From contig CAJNYD010000474.1 of assembly GCA_905331295.1 (NCBI GenBank), positions 1 to 33,685 on the forward strand: DNA of 33,685 bases. Direction: 5' to 3'. Under the pieces are notes generated by a model, which was given only the letters and a program-made list of their open reading frames with translations, was not told where the DNA came from and did no database searches. The stretch is from Rotaria socialis (Eukaryota). Of this stretch, positions 23,951 through 33,685 are shown one piece after another (the first letter of the stretch is position 1; every line of letters begins with the position of its first letter). The translations under genes and the position numbers were made by a program.

Positions 23951-25964
23951 TCACTCGAATGTAACTTTGAAATTCAATGCTCGGTCTTGAACAACGTAAT
24001 TTAGTTTGAATGCCGATTATTTCCTGTGACACTGCGTTGTCTGCTTCATACATCCTGATACGTGCAGCGTTATTTTATTCGATTGTTCGCAATATATTGG
24101 CAACCTTTCCCATTTGTTTAAATCTAATAATTTGCTAATGTTTTCAATATGTGCAATTAATCGAATTTTTTCGAATGCTACGCATATGTTTAATAAAATC
24201 AATTATAGTCTTCAGAAAACATGATGACCATTGATTCGTACAAGTGCTCCTTGTTGATAATGGAAAGTGGTTCAGATCAAAAATAAAATATTCAACATTA
24301 CCGTTTGTAAAGCGGATTATGTTGCGTTGGTGTCGATTAGAACGAGAACAGGCATAACCTTGACAGTGAACTTCAAATCGTCTTATTGAATGATTGAGCT
24401 ATCCCAAGAGATCATAGAACAAAGTAAAATTAACTTCATTGTCATACCAAAGACACGTTACCCGAGAGAAACAATTTTGGTACACAACGATTACTCTTCT
24501 GTCTGGAAAATTGAGTAGACTCACTGTGATAATATCACTATCACTATTTAACCGAGATGGGTCTCGTTCTGTACAATACCAAATTGGCGTAATACGTAAA
24601 GAAACAATTCGTTTAGGCTTAAATTTGAGAAGAATAGTGTTGATAAATAGATTGTCAGGGTCACAAGTTTCCACTGTTGTTTCTTGCTGACGTAGTAAAG
24701 GAAGGATACTGATGGTAGATGTGTCGATTGTATCATTCAATGTGAGATATTTCGCTATTTTAAGGATGATATTTTTACCCAAACGACTTTCTATGTTACG
24801 ATAGAATGACTTAAATGACATGAAAAAAAGAATACTAGGATCTGTTCGATTAACAAACATTGTTTTTTCGTTGTTTCGATTATTAGAAATACTTGCGCGT
24901 GCTTTTTCATTTTCATCACATTCGTTTTTGAAACAAGTCAATTCATTGCGTACAGTTTCTTGTTTGGATATTTCTTGATTTCTTACTAAAACGTCAAATT
25001 CGAGCAACATTTCTGATTCATATTCGAATGCTAGCAGTCCTTCTTTTTACTCTTGGCAAATTCGCTTAATTCCAATAAGTTTCGGATATTTGTTGACGTC
25101 AGAACTATTTATAAGTTGAACCTGGATCATGGTTTGCCAAATGTTTGCCAACCTAATTAAATAGATATCTAATATAAAAAAATCTAGTTTCATCACTTTG
25201 ACAAAAAATTAAAAAGGGATAGAAAAAAAATACTTTCTTCCAAACAACAGTTGTAAATTTTGATCAATTCGCTGAAAAACATTGAATTCGCACGAGTAAA
25301 TAATAGATAATTTACATATTTCTATTTGCTTCTAAAGTAACATCATATGTCCATACAACATAATTTTCAAGTAAATAATCAATATTTGTTGTCGAACAGA
25401 ATGTAAGGTGACAAAATATGTTACTGAATATGCTTCCGTCATGGTGTATATAGACAAGTACAGAACGACGCTTAAATTCAAATAGATGTATTTTCTTTTT
25501 AGAATCATAAGAATATATATGAACGAACTTCTTCAATCACTGCTGGACTGCACGCTGCTTAACATGCTTCTATTATTGAAGCATCGCGGAAGCTTGGACA
25601 AGCATTATAACGTCTATGAAAACATGCATGCAAAGATTCGATCGGCGTATCGTCATCTTTATTTATATTCATCGAAAATTGGTCAATAATATCTCAGACA
25701 GTAAGTTCATTTTTTCTTTTTCAAAGTCACACTAACTCACAAGGAGTATCCAGGGTCATATCATCGTCATCATTGGTACTAACCTTGTCATCTGTTATTG
25801 GATCATTTTCCTAGGTAGAGAAGCGAATTGCATTCGTATTCAATCTTTCAGTGTGGAGTTTTGAAATTGAATAATAATGTAACGCTTGAAGGTTTTGCAG
25901 TTTTAGAAGTTATCATAAACATAAAAATGATATTACCATTAACTCAAAAAGGCACACTTACCAT
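23951..25964 (-). pseudogene. Pseudogene encoding a FAF1-like UAS domain fused to an F-box-like/LRR-like region; exons 25964-25962, 25810-25741, 25692-25529, 25470-25316, 25152-24897, 24809-23951
   Basis: ACFHRRYNACPSF..S..EAC*AA...RRSVLVYIHHDGSIFSNIFC..FCS...DYLLENYVVWTYDVT..NR aligns by eye with FAF1 UAS (YLHHDESVLTNVFC..WAWDLT). Downstream is NIILKIAKYLTLND (F-box-like). Stops at 25559-25561, ~25047 and 24399, plus a frameshift. Confidence 0.78.
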
Positions 25965-26767
25965 TGTAACTACTAGGGCTTTAGTTTTGAATAGCAGATA
26001 ATACTACAAAAAAGTCAGTAGCAGACTTTCGTAATCAGTTTATAGAAAATAGAATATGGTTCATTAGACGAGCGGTTCACAAACGACATACAATCTGTAC
26101 ATACGTTGGAAAGCAACAAGTTATTTTTCTTTCACAAGAGAAGAACAGCGTCTATATTTATCCGTCGATTAAAAATAGAGACGAAGAATAATTTCTGTTT
26201 TTGATAAAAGAAATACAGCAAAAATGCTTAGCCTCGCGGTGTAAACAACAAAACATTGCTATCAATAGTTGCCTTGCCGCAAATCACTACAAACAATCGC
26301 TTGCCTGTTGTACTTTTTAGTTATATGTAAAATACAAAATAATAAATGTTGATTTATAACATAAACAGCATGTGGACGTGGTTGGCATGTGTGGATGCTA
26401 TATGTTAGAAGATTCGACGTTCTAGTAAGATTAACTTAGCAGAGATTCATGAATTCTACAGAGCTCATTCATTTACTGAGTATCTAGAAAGTTTTGCTAA
26501 TGTTGATGATATCAGAGCGCAGCGGTATTCATGCTAAAAGGTATATTTTCACAAAAACACACTGTATTTTTCATAAGTTGTAATTTAAATCATTTATGAT
26601 TACTAAATACTCCATACCAGTTTTCATTTCCCACATTTTAAAGGTAAATCCAATATACATATATATGCAATGAATACACCCACTAATAATGCGATACATT
26701 TATGATTTATTAGGTGACATTAAACATATAAGTATGATGCTGATTTTTATTCGATTTTATTATTAAT

Positions 26768-27647
26768 CAGATTATCTTACAGTATTTTTATTTCTCATAT
26801 AGAATATGATTATACAAATAATAGGCGCAAAAACATTTTTACAAAATTTGAAGAACAAGACTTGTACATAACTAATTTCTGGTTGAATGGCAAAAAAAGT
26901 TATTTCGTTTTGCACAAGCGTAACATGTGTATATAACAAAAAATATAGTCACACGAAAATCGATCGTTCAGCAATCTACTATATTAGTGTGAATTAAATT
27001 ATGTTGTTTTTCAGAATAAATTTTCTTGCGATTGGTCCACAAAGTGATAGCAAGTGTCAACGCTATAGTATATGATAATCCCGTTAAAACACTTTTTTCT
27101 TTGTGGCTCATACTATCGTCGAAACCGAGGATCTGGCTAAGTGTTGTTTTTCGTCTATCATAAATGAATAATCGACTCCTTCCAGGAAATGTTCACTCAC
27201 GTTTGGCTGTTTATCAGTTTTTCTTAACATCGAATCTTGTTCCTCAATCATTTGTACCATTTTCCCTCCACTTGAAAACATAGTCGACATTCCGATACCG
27301 CCTAATGCATAATTGATCACAGCGTTGTCTGCCAAATTATTAAATCGTATCGTGTTCTGAGCTGAAACAGCACGACCACAGCCTCACGATTGTACAATAT
27401 CGTATACAGCATTTTTCATCACATCGAGTCCGTACATTTTCTCTGCTGTGTACAGTAGATTCAACATATAATCCGGCCGAATAAATCGTGACGGGAAATT
27501 GCCACCACCGGTCATCTGAATAGCAAAAAAACGATAAGTTTTTGTTGGAGAATTTGGTTCGTTCGTTTGTAGCAGTGATACATCCCGTTGTGCAATCAAA
27601 GTCCAGTGTTGGTTAACACCGTCGACAAAACGTGAGAGAACATCTAA
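26768..27647 (-). repeat. Left arm of an inverted duplication of 31470 to the window end (excluding the hAT insert)
   Basis: The reverse complement of 27647-26768 matches 31470-32202 and then ~33535-33685 with scattered substitutions. The match runs to the end of the window. Confidence 0.95.
26999..27647 (-). pseudogene. 5'-truncated inverted copy of the C-terminal part of the 29800-32120 gene
   Basis: Near-identical peptide (IAQRDVSLLQTNEPNSP...NYALGGIGMSTMF). CGA has become TGA at 27384, and a 1-nt deletion falls in the SLGF codons. Confidence 0.93.
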
Positions 27648-27649
27648 GT

Positions 27650-27904
27650 TTTAATACTTGGCCGTTTTGTAGTTTTAAAAAATCTTTTACACATGAGCTT
27701 GTAGAGAATTGAATGCTCAATCTTTTGGGAAAATGTTCAGTTCAAATCAATGAAGAGCAAAAACGATATTGAGTAAATAATGAAACTACCATTCTTTATG
27801 AGCCACCCGTTACTTTTATGAAATCAACTGTTTATTTTCGGGTGGACGAATGAAAATTTCGGGTGGGCGGCGCCCATCCTGCCCATAAGGTAGATGAATC
27901 ACTG
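27650..27904. mobile_element. Abutting transposon end fragments at the duplication breakpoint (Tc1/mariner-like end, then hAT-Tip100-like end)
   Basis: CTTTATGAGCCACCCGT at ~27794-27810 resembles a Tc1/mariner-type TIR. GGGCGGCGCCCATCCTGCCC...GATGAATCACTG ending at 27904 resembles a CAGTG hAT end. Confidence 0.5.
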
Positions 27905-28832
27905 ATCGTTCAAGGTATCAAGGAGAATTAAACGATTTCATGGTAACTCCAGGTTTTTAACATGAGCAAATATCATGCTTCTTCCAACCTGTTAACCTAA
28001 AGATACTAAACATTCATTGTGGCTGAGCATCGTTGAACTGCCAGGATAAAACTGTCTATTCTTGTTTGAAAGATAAATGTTCAGAAAACGAGTTAATTAA
28101 CGCTAATTGAAATCAAGAAAAATAGTTAATGTACGAATTGAGACATATTGCAGATATATTACTAAGGCATAATATTATACAGACCATCATCAGCCTTTTC
28201 AATGGAAGATTCAGATAAAAAATAGCTGTATGTCACTTGCTGGTAGTTCTTACTTAAACTTAAGTTTAGAAATTCATAGTTTGCTATGTGCTATCGAAGG
28301 CGACGAAAAAGTAATCTATCATGCATTATGAAAAAAAGATGTATAAGCAATGGAAAGAATAGGATAAAACGAGAAAACATCGAGGCCGGAAAAGAGCATA
28401 GAAATAAAATATTGAAATTAAAACTCCGAGAAGCTTTTTAAGATTTCAATGAACACAACTCGTACTTTTGGTCAAATCCCTAATCATCAAATTAGCACAC
28501 TCGTCTGATTATAGAAAGGAATGAGTTTTTTCTTAAAAAAAATCGATCAATATTCAAACGACGAGTCTGAGGATATATTCTGAAGATTTATCATTTCAAA
28601 TGTGATAGGTTCGTGTGTCTGGTTATCACTACGGCTATGTCGTGGATTGTCGATAGGAAAAAGAACATTATTGACAGAAATTTTGATATTTCGATATTTT
28701 TCTTTTGATTCTTTTCGTAATTTGATTTTTAAACTGTCATCAATTTCCAGTAAGCCTTCCATTATCAAGAGATATATTTAGTTGATTCACTATTACATTT
28801 TATTAGTATTACTTAATGAAAAACAGTTAATT

Positions 28833-29069
28833 CCAAGGGGGAAACAGCGGACTTTTGACTTGAAGTAACTTTGAGCTACTTCCAGTGGTAAAATCCGAAG
28901 AATTTTTCGGCTTCAAATTTACTTGAAGTTACATCATAGTTGCAAAGCTACTTGTTCTTATTTCGGACTACTTGAGTAGTGTTTTTAGCTTCTGCAAGCA
29001 TGCACTTTGATCCACTTTGAATTACTTTTGACATGCTTTTCTACTTCAAGTCCGCCGTTTTCCTCTTGG
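28833..29069. mobile_element. 237-bp MITE
   Basis: TIRs CCAAGGGGGAAACAGCGGACTT / AAGTCCGCCGTTTTCCTCTTGG, TTAATT on both flanks and internal CTACTT/ACTTGAAG repeats. Confidence 0.8.
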
Positions 29070-29799
29070 TTAATTCTTTAGATGACTTTAATGCGTGAAT
29101 ATTTTAACAGAGCTTGAAAAGTTAGAAAAAAAGGTCTTTTGTTGTCTGACTGTATAATTGGCTGGCTATGCCCATTAAAACGATTTTTAATAAGTTCTAT
29201 GTAAAATGATAGTTCAATAGCGTACGGGATACATATCAGTGTTATGTAACAAAATATACCATTCGAGACATTTGGAAATATTTGACAACAATCAGTAAAT
29301 ATGAACTCGATCATAGAGAAAAATTGAGAGACAAAAAGGAGTTATAATTGCAAAACGCAGCGTCTGCATAATGATATTTGATAGTCGTGTGTATTTGGTT
29401 AGATCACTTTTATTATTAGGAGGCGTGCGACAATGTAGATAAAGTAATAAAACTTGTAAAAAGGAAACTATCAAAGTCATTCAATAAGATATCGTCGTTA
29501 TTATAACACATCCTGGAGATTGCAAGGTTTGACGTCATGTTTTATTGTGTCCAATGAAATTCAATATTCTAAGTGACATTCTTTCGAAGAGGGATTCCAG
29601 TTGATAACAGTTAAATGTCTTGTGATAAATAGTATGATAAGGGCTCGAGGAAAAAGAACTACCTAAAATGTTTTTTGAAAGTAATATAATTTGTTTTTCG
29701 CCAGATGCAAAGTATCAAAAGATAATAGTTACGAAGTGATAGTGGCGCTTCGAAAACATCATTGATAAGAACGTAAACCGAGGGCATGAACTTATAAAA

Positions 29800-32120
29800 A
29801 TGGTAAAAAGATCGACATTCGTATCATCATTTTCTCGAGCAATGATTACGTCATTTCGTTGGCACACTTTTCGATTACAAACATGTGCATTTCGATGCGC
29901 TGGTACACAGTCTGGTATGTCGCCATTAATCAAAACATCAAGCAACGAAGATAAAAATACGACTACACAAACATTGCCATCACTAAATTTTGTATCAAAC
30001 ATCAACATCACAGAGAATAGTTTATCTAAAATTCTTAGCAATTTCAAGGAGTCAAAAGCGTACTATCGTCAAAAAGTATTGGAAGGGAATCATGAAGTAT
30101 TTGGCATTTATACTGAAAATTCAGCAGTACAAGATACATTCCAAAAATTCTTTCCAGAATTAGTTCAAAGTCGAGGCATAACACAATTACAACAACTTGA
30201 TCGCGAAGGTAAGCTATTCGAACGTTGGAATGAAGGCAATAACGAAGTGAGTATCGAACTTGCCGATGACACAAAGACGCCTGGAGAGCGTGAGAGCAGA
30301 ACCGACGAAAGAATGAACATCTCGATGCGCTTTTCATTGGTGGACCATCCACATTGACCTCTGCGCTGCTATATCAACTTCGATATCCAAAGCATCATAT
30401 ACAGCACGTTTTTGCTGATCGCTTCGATAGTAATTATGATGGCTCTGCTTATTATTACCATCAACGAGACGCTGCACCTATATATATTAATCGTGTGAAT
30501 CGTGGGCCCTATTGTGTTTATATTGACCTACATAAACGATTTATCAGTCCAATAAAACTAGCTCATCATGCCGAAACAGATCGGAATCATGTCAAAATCA
30601 GTCTCAATTGGGAAAATATCAAAATGAGATATATTTTCACTATTTTTATTCCCAACTTTTGGCACATGGTCACTGATTTGTGGATTAAAAATAAGAAGAA
30701 ATCGAAAATAGCTCATGTTATTCAACATGCTTGTCGCTCAGTACCCATCGTACATGCGATTAGTGCATCTACAGGATTGCCCGTCGAAACTATGCTGATA
30801 CATGGCGAAAACAAAGCAAATTATGTCGGCTTTGCTGGTTCAACCACTGACCCAAAATCTCATTTTACCTGGTTAAACAAGTTTGCTGATATTCCATTTG
30901 AGGAAATTTCACGCGAGGGCTTCGGATCAGAAGTTGTTCAGGTGTTAAATTTTCCAAATGATGGTCTCGTAGCTCCTATGATTATTGGAACTTTACAAAA
31001 ACAATTAACCGAGAGAGCTAAATTAAATGAACCAGAACTAGACAAAAGTATTAGTAGTGGTGGTTTTAAACTTACAAAGTTACTAGTTCGGCCGATTTCA
31101 TCCGGTAGCTCGACGCATCTACGTGTGGTTCGCGCGGAATGGATAGATATCGTCACAGGTCATACTCATTCGACGGCTGCTGATCGACTATTCATTTCAC
31201 TTGGACCCAGCGGTCAATTTAAAATTGTTTCACCGAAAATAACATGGATGCAGCATGCTTTTGATGTTTTACGTGGCTCTTCTCAACGCCCATCAAATGT
31301 GATTGGAGGATATACACCAACATTGTTGTCTTTCTGGCGGCATACTTTGAATTCAATATCAAATACATTCTTTCGAGGTGTATATTGCTGTAAAGATTTT
31401 ATTTCGGCGAGTGGTAGCAGTAGTGTCTTATTGCTCGGAGTCGATTTGAGCGAAGTAAATGCAGCGAAATTAGATGTTCTCTCACGTTTTGTCGACGGTG
31501 TTAACCAACACTGGACTTTGATTGCACAACGGGATGTATCACTGCTACAAACGAACGAACCAAATTCTCCAACAAAAACTTATCGTTTTTTCGCTATTCA
31601 GATGACCGGTGGTGGCAATTTCCCGTCACGATTTATTCGGCCGGATTATATGTTGAATCTACTGTACACAACAGAGAAAATGTACGGACTCGATGTGATG
31701 AAAAATGCTGTATACGATATTGTACAATCGCGAGGCTGTGGTCGTGCTGTTTCAGCTCAGAACACGATACGATTTAGTAATTTGGCAGACAACGCTGTGA
31801 TCAATTATGCATTAGGCGGTATCGGAATGTCGACTATGTTTTCAAATGGAGAAAAAATGGTACAAATGATTGAGGAACAAGATTCGATGTTAAGGAAAAC
31901 TGACAAACAGTCAAACGTGAATGAACATTTCCTGGAAGGAATCGATTATTCATTTATGGTAGACGAAAAACAACACTTAGCCAGATCCCTCGGTTTCGAC
32001 GATAGTATGAGCCACAAAGAAAAACGTGTTTTAACGAGATTAGCATATACTATAGTGTTGACACTTGCTATCACTTTGTGGGCCAATCGCAAGAAAGTTC
32101 ATTCTGAAAAAAGAATCTAA
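29800..32120 (+). CDS. Divergent FAD-dependent oxidoreductase-like protein (DAO/glycine-oxidase-like fold), split between ORFs 29800-30357 and 30354-32120
   Basis: The ORF2 frame is open upstream to a TGA at 30291 and gives DALFIGGPSTLTSAL (Rossmann-like). Also ADRLFISLGP and GCGRAVS...NAVINYALGGIGMSTMFSNG (cf. DAO VIHNYGHGGYG). R/S-rich acid-free N-terminus and a C-terminal TM helix (LAYTIVLTLAITLWA) with a basic tail. Confidence 0.7.
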
Positions 32121-32384
32121 TTTAATTCACACTAATAGAGTAGATTGCTGAACGCTTGATTTTTGTGTGATTATCTTTTTTGTTATCTATACATGTTACA
32201 CTTAGCGGCGGCGCCAAGAATTTCGAACTGAGGGGCTCAGCCCCAACCTATGAAAGTTTCATATAATACAGTGCAAATCTTCCGAATCCATTCTACTATC
32301 TAAGAGTGCTTTTTAATCTGAATAAAGAATCAAAACATGCGAATTCACATTTAAAAATATCAGCTACTTTATATTTATTGATAG

Positions 32385-32774
32385 TATCATCAGTGTGAAG
32401 CTAGCACGACGGAGCTAGCACGATGAAACAGAGATTCAACTATAAGTCTTCTCAGAAGTATTGCCGGCACATAAAAACCAGACCATTCGACGCAGAATTT
32501 AATTCTGGATCGAAAGGTGATACTTTTATTCCCCGACAATACTTTGAGAAAATTCTATCCGGTTTTTCTTGTCCTATTTAGAAAAAAACAAAGGTGTAGG
32601 TAAAATTTCTTCCTAAGTATTGCCGGGGAATATAAGTATCACCTTTCGATCCAGAATTAAATTCTGCGTCGAATGGTCTGGTTTTTATGTGCCGGCAATA
32701 CTTCTGAGAAGACTTATAGTTGAATCTCTGTTTCAGCGTGCTAGCTCCATTGTGCTAGCTTCACACTGATGATA
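32385..32774. mobile_element. Foldback MITE with ~165-bp near-perfect inverted arms, nested in the hAT element
   Basis: TATCATCAGTGTGAAGCTAGCAC...GAAAGGTGATACT is mirrored by AGTATCACCTTTC...GTGCTAGCTTCACACTGATGATA. TA at both ends and a ~55-bp spacer. Confidence 0.92.
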
Positions 32775-32795
32775 ATATCTTAATACACATACAAC

Positions 32796-33281
32796 TTAAA
32801 GCAATAAAATTCTACAATTTTTATGGTCGCTCGAAAATTTATCAATTACATGTTCATAATTTATCTCAAAATCCCGCTCAATAGCCATTACTGTTAAATC
32901 ACTTAAACGTTCATTTGTCATTGAATTGAGAAGATAATTCTTAATTATTTTCATCTTTGAAAAAGATCTCTCACAAGTTACTTGTGAAATTGGCATAGTT
33001 ATGGCATTGGTTATCATTTTTAACGTTTGGGGAAAAGCATCTGACATTGAAATTAATTCATTATACAATTCAATAACATTATTGACTTTTTTCGATTGAA
33101 GCCTGGGTTTAATAACAAGAAATTCATTTTTGAGTGCACTCGAATCTCCACCAATATGAAAGCAAAATTCATCGATAGCATCAATATTAAGAAAATTGGT
33201 ACTATTTGGATAAACGGTGGAGATACTTTTCATCAATGATAATGTTTTCGATGAAAATCTATCATTTAGCTCTACCAACAT
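32796..33281 (-). pseudogene. hAT transposase C-terminal dimerization-domain remnant
   Basis: ELNDRFS...FPQTLKMITNAITMPISQVTCERSFSKMKIIKNYLLNSMTNERLSDLTVMAIE; the N-terminal catalytic part is deleted. Confidence 0.9.
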
Positions 33282-33685
33282 GCAATCAATAACGTTTTTT
33301 AGATTGCATTTGTGGAGATTACGATTTAGATTTAGGCAAGATTAGCAGAAGAGAGTTTTTGTATAGTTACGGTGAACAACCAATTAGAAACTGAAGACAA
33401 ATCTCTACGACGTAGCCATAGTATTGTCGCAGTATTAATATCAGAAAAAAATAAACTCATTAAGAAATTTCTAAAAAAAATTTGAGGGGGCTCAGCCCAC
33501 GCTAGCCCCCCCCCCTCCGTGGCGCCGCCACTAGACTTGTGCAAAAAGCAATAACTTTTTTTACCATTCAACCAGAAATTAGTGATGTACAAGTCTTGTT
33601 TTCAAATTTTGCGAAAATGTTTTTGTACCTATTCATTGTATAATCACATTTTATATGAGAAATAAGAATACTATAAGATAATCTG

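Larger units (their letters stand above)
32203..33533 (-). mobile_element. Internally deleted hAT (Tip100/ZMYM1-like) transposon
   Basis: TIRs TAGCGGCGGCGCCA / TGGCGCCGCCACTA, GGGGCTCAGCCC subterminal motifs at both ends and a C-terminal transposase ORF. Absent from the paralogous arm near 26920. Confidence 0.93.

Noticed and set aside
30294..30357. Programmed -1 ribosomal frameshift or bacterial-style coupled ORFs
   Set aside because: No X-XXY-YYZ slippery heptamer in the overlap. The TTG start of ORF2 falls within the putative FAD motif, so a single gene is more likely.
29715..31156. Minus-strand ORFs 29715-30047, 30044-30352 and 30938-31156
   Set aside because: Antisense shadows of the oxidoreductase-like gene with no motifs.

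Overview
AT-rich eukaryotic DNA with short (mostly ~50-60 nt) GT-AG introns. The gene content (spliced DYW-deaminase gene, F-box-like genes, many DNA transposons) suggests a bdelloid rotifer; this is an inference. Two genes look intact: a 2-exon class A neuropeptide GPCR of the pyrokinin/CAPA/neuromedin-U type (13439-15061, +) and an 8-exon phospholipid scramblase (19291-21269, -) that the ORF track misses. A third, nearly intronless ~755-773 aa gene (29800-32120, +) resembles a very divergent DAO-family FAD oxidoreductase with a mitochondrial-like leader and a C-terminal TM helix. Its two ORFs are joined either by a 1-nt frameshift or by a 53-nt intron, and its 3' part is duplicated as an inverted pseudogene (26768-27647). 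The rest is a gene and transposon graveyard. It holds pseudogenes of a plant-type E/DYW RNA-editing deaminase, a papain-like protease and a FAF1-UAS/F-box-like fusion. It also holds decayed hAT and MULE transposons, several MITEs (two nested), a DINE-1/HINE-like element and two arrays of a 93-bp (31-codon) tandem repeat. There is no CRISPR array, and I saw no rRNA or tRNA. All calls come from manual reading without database searches.
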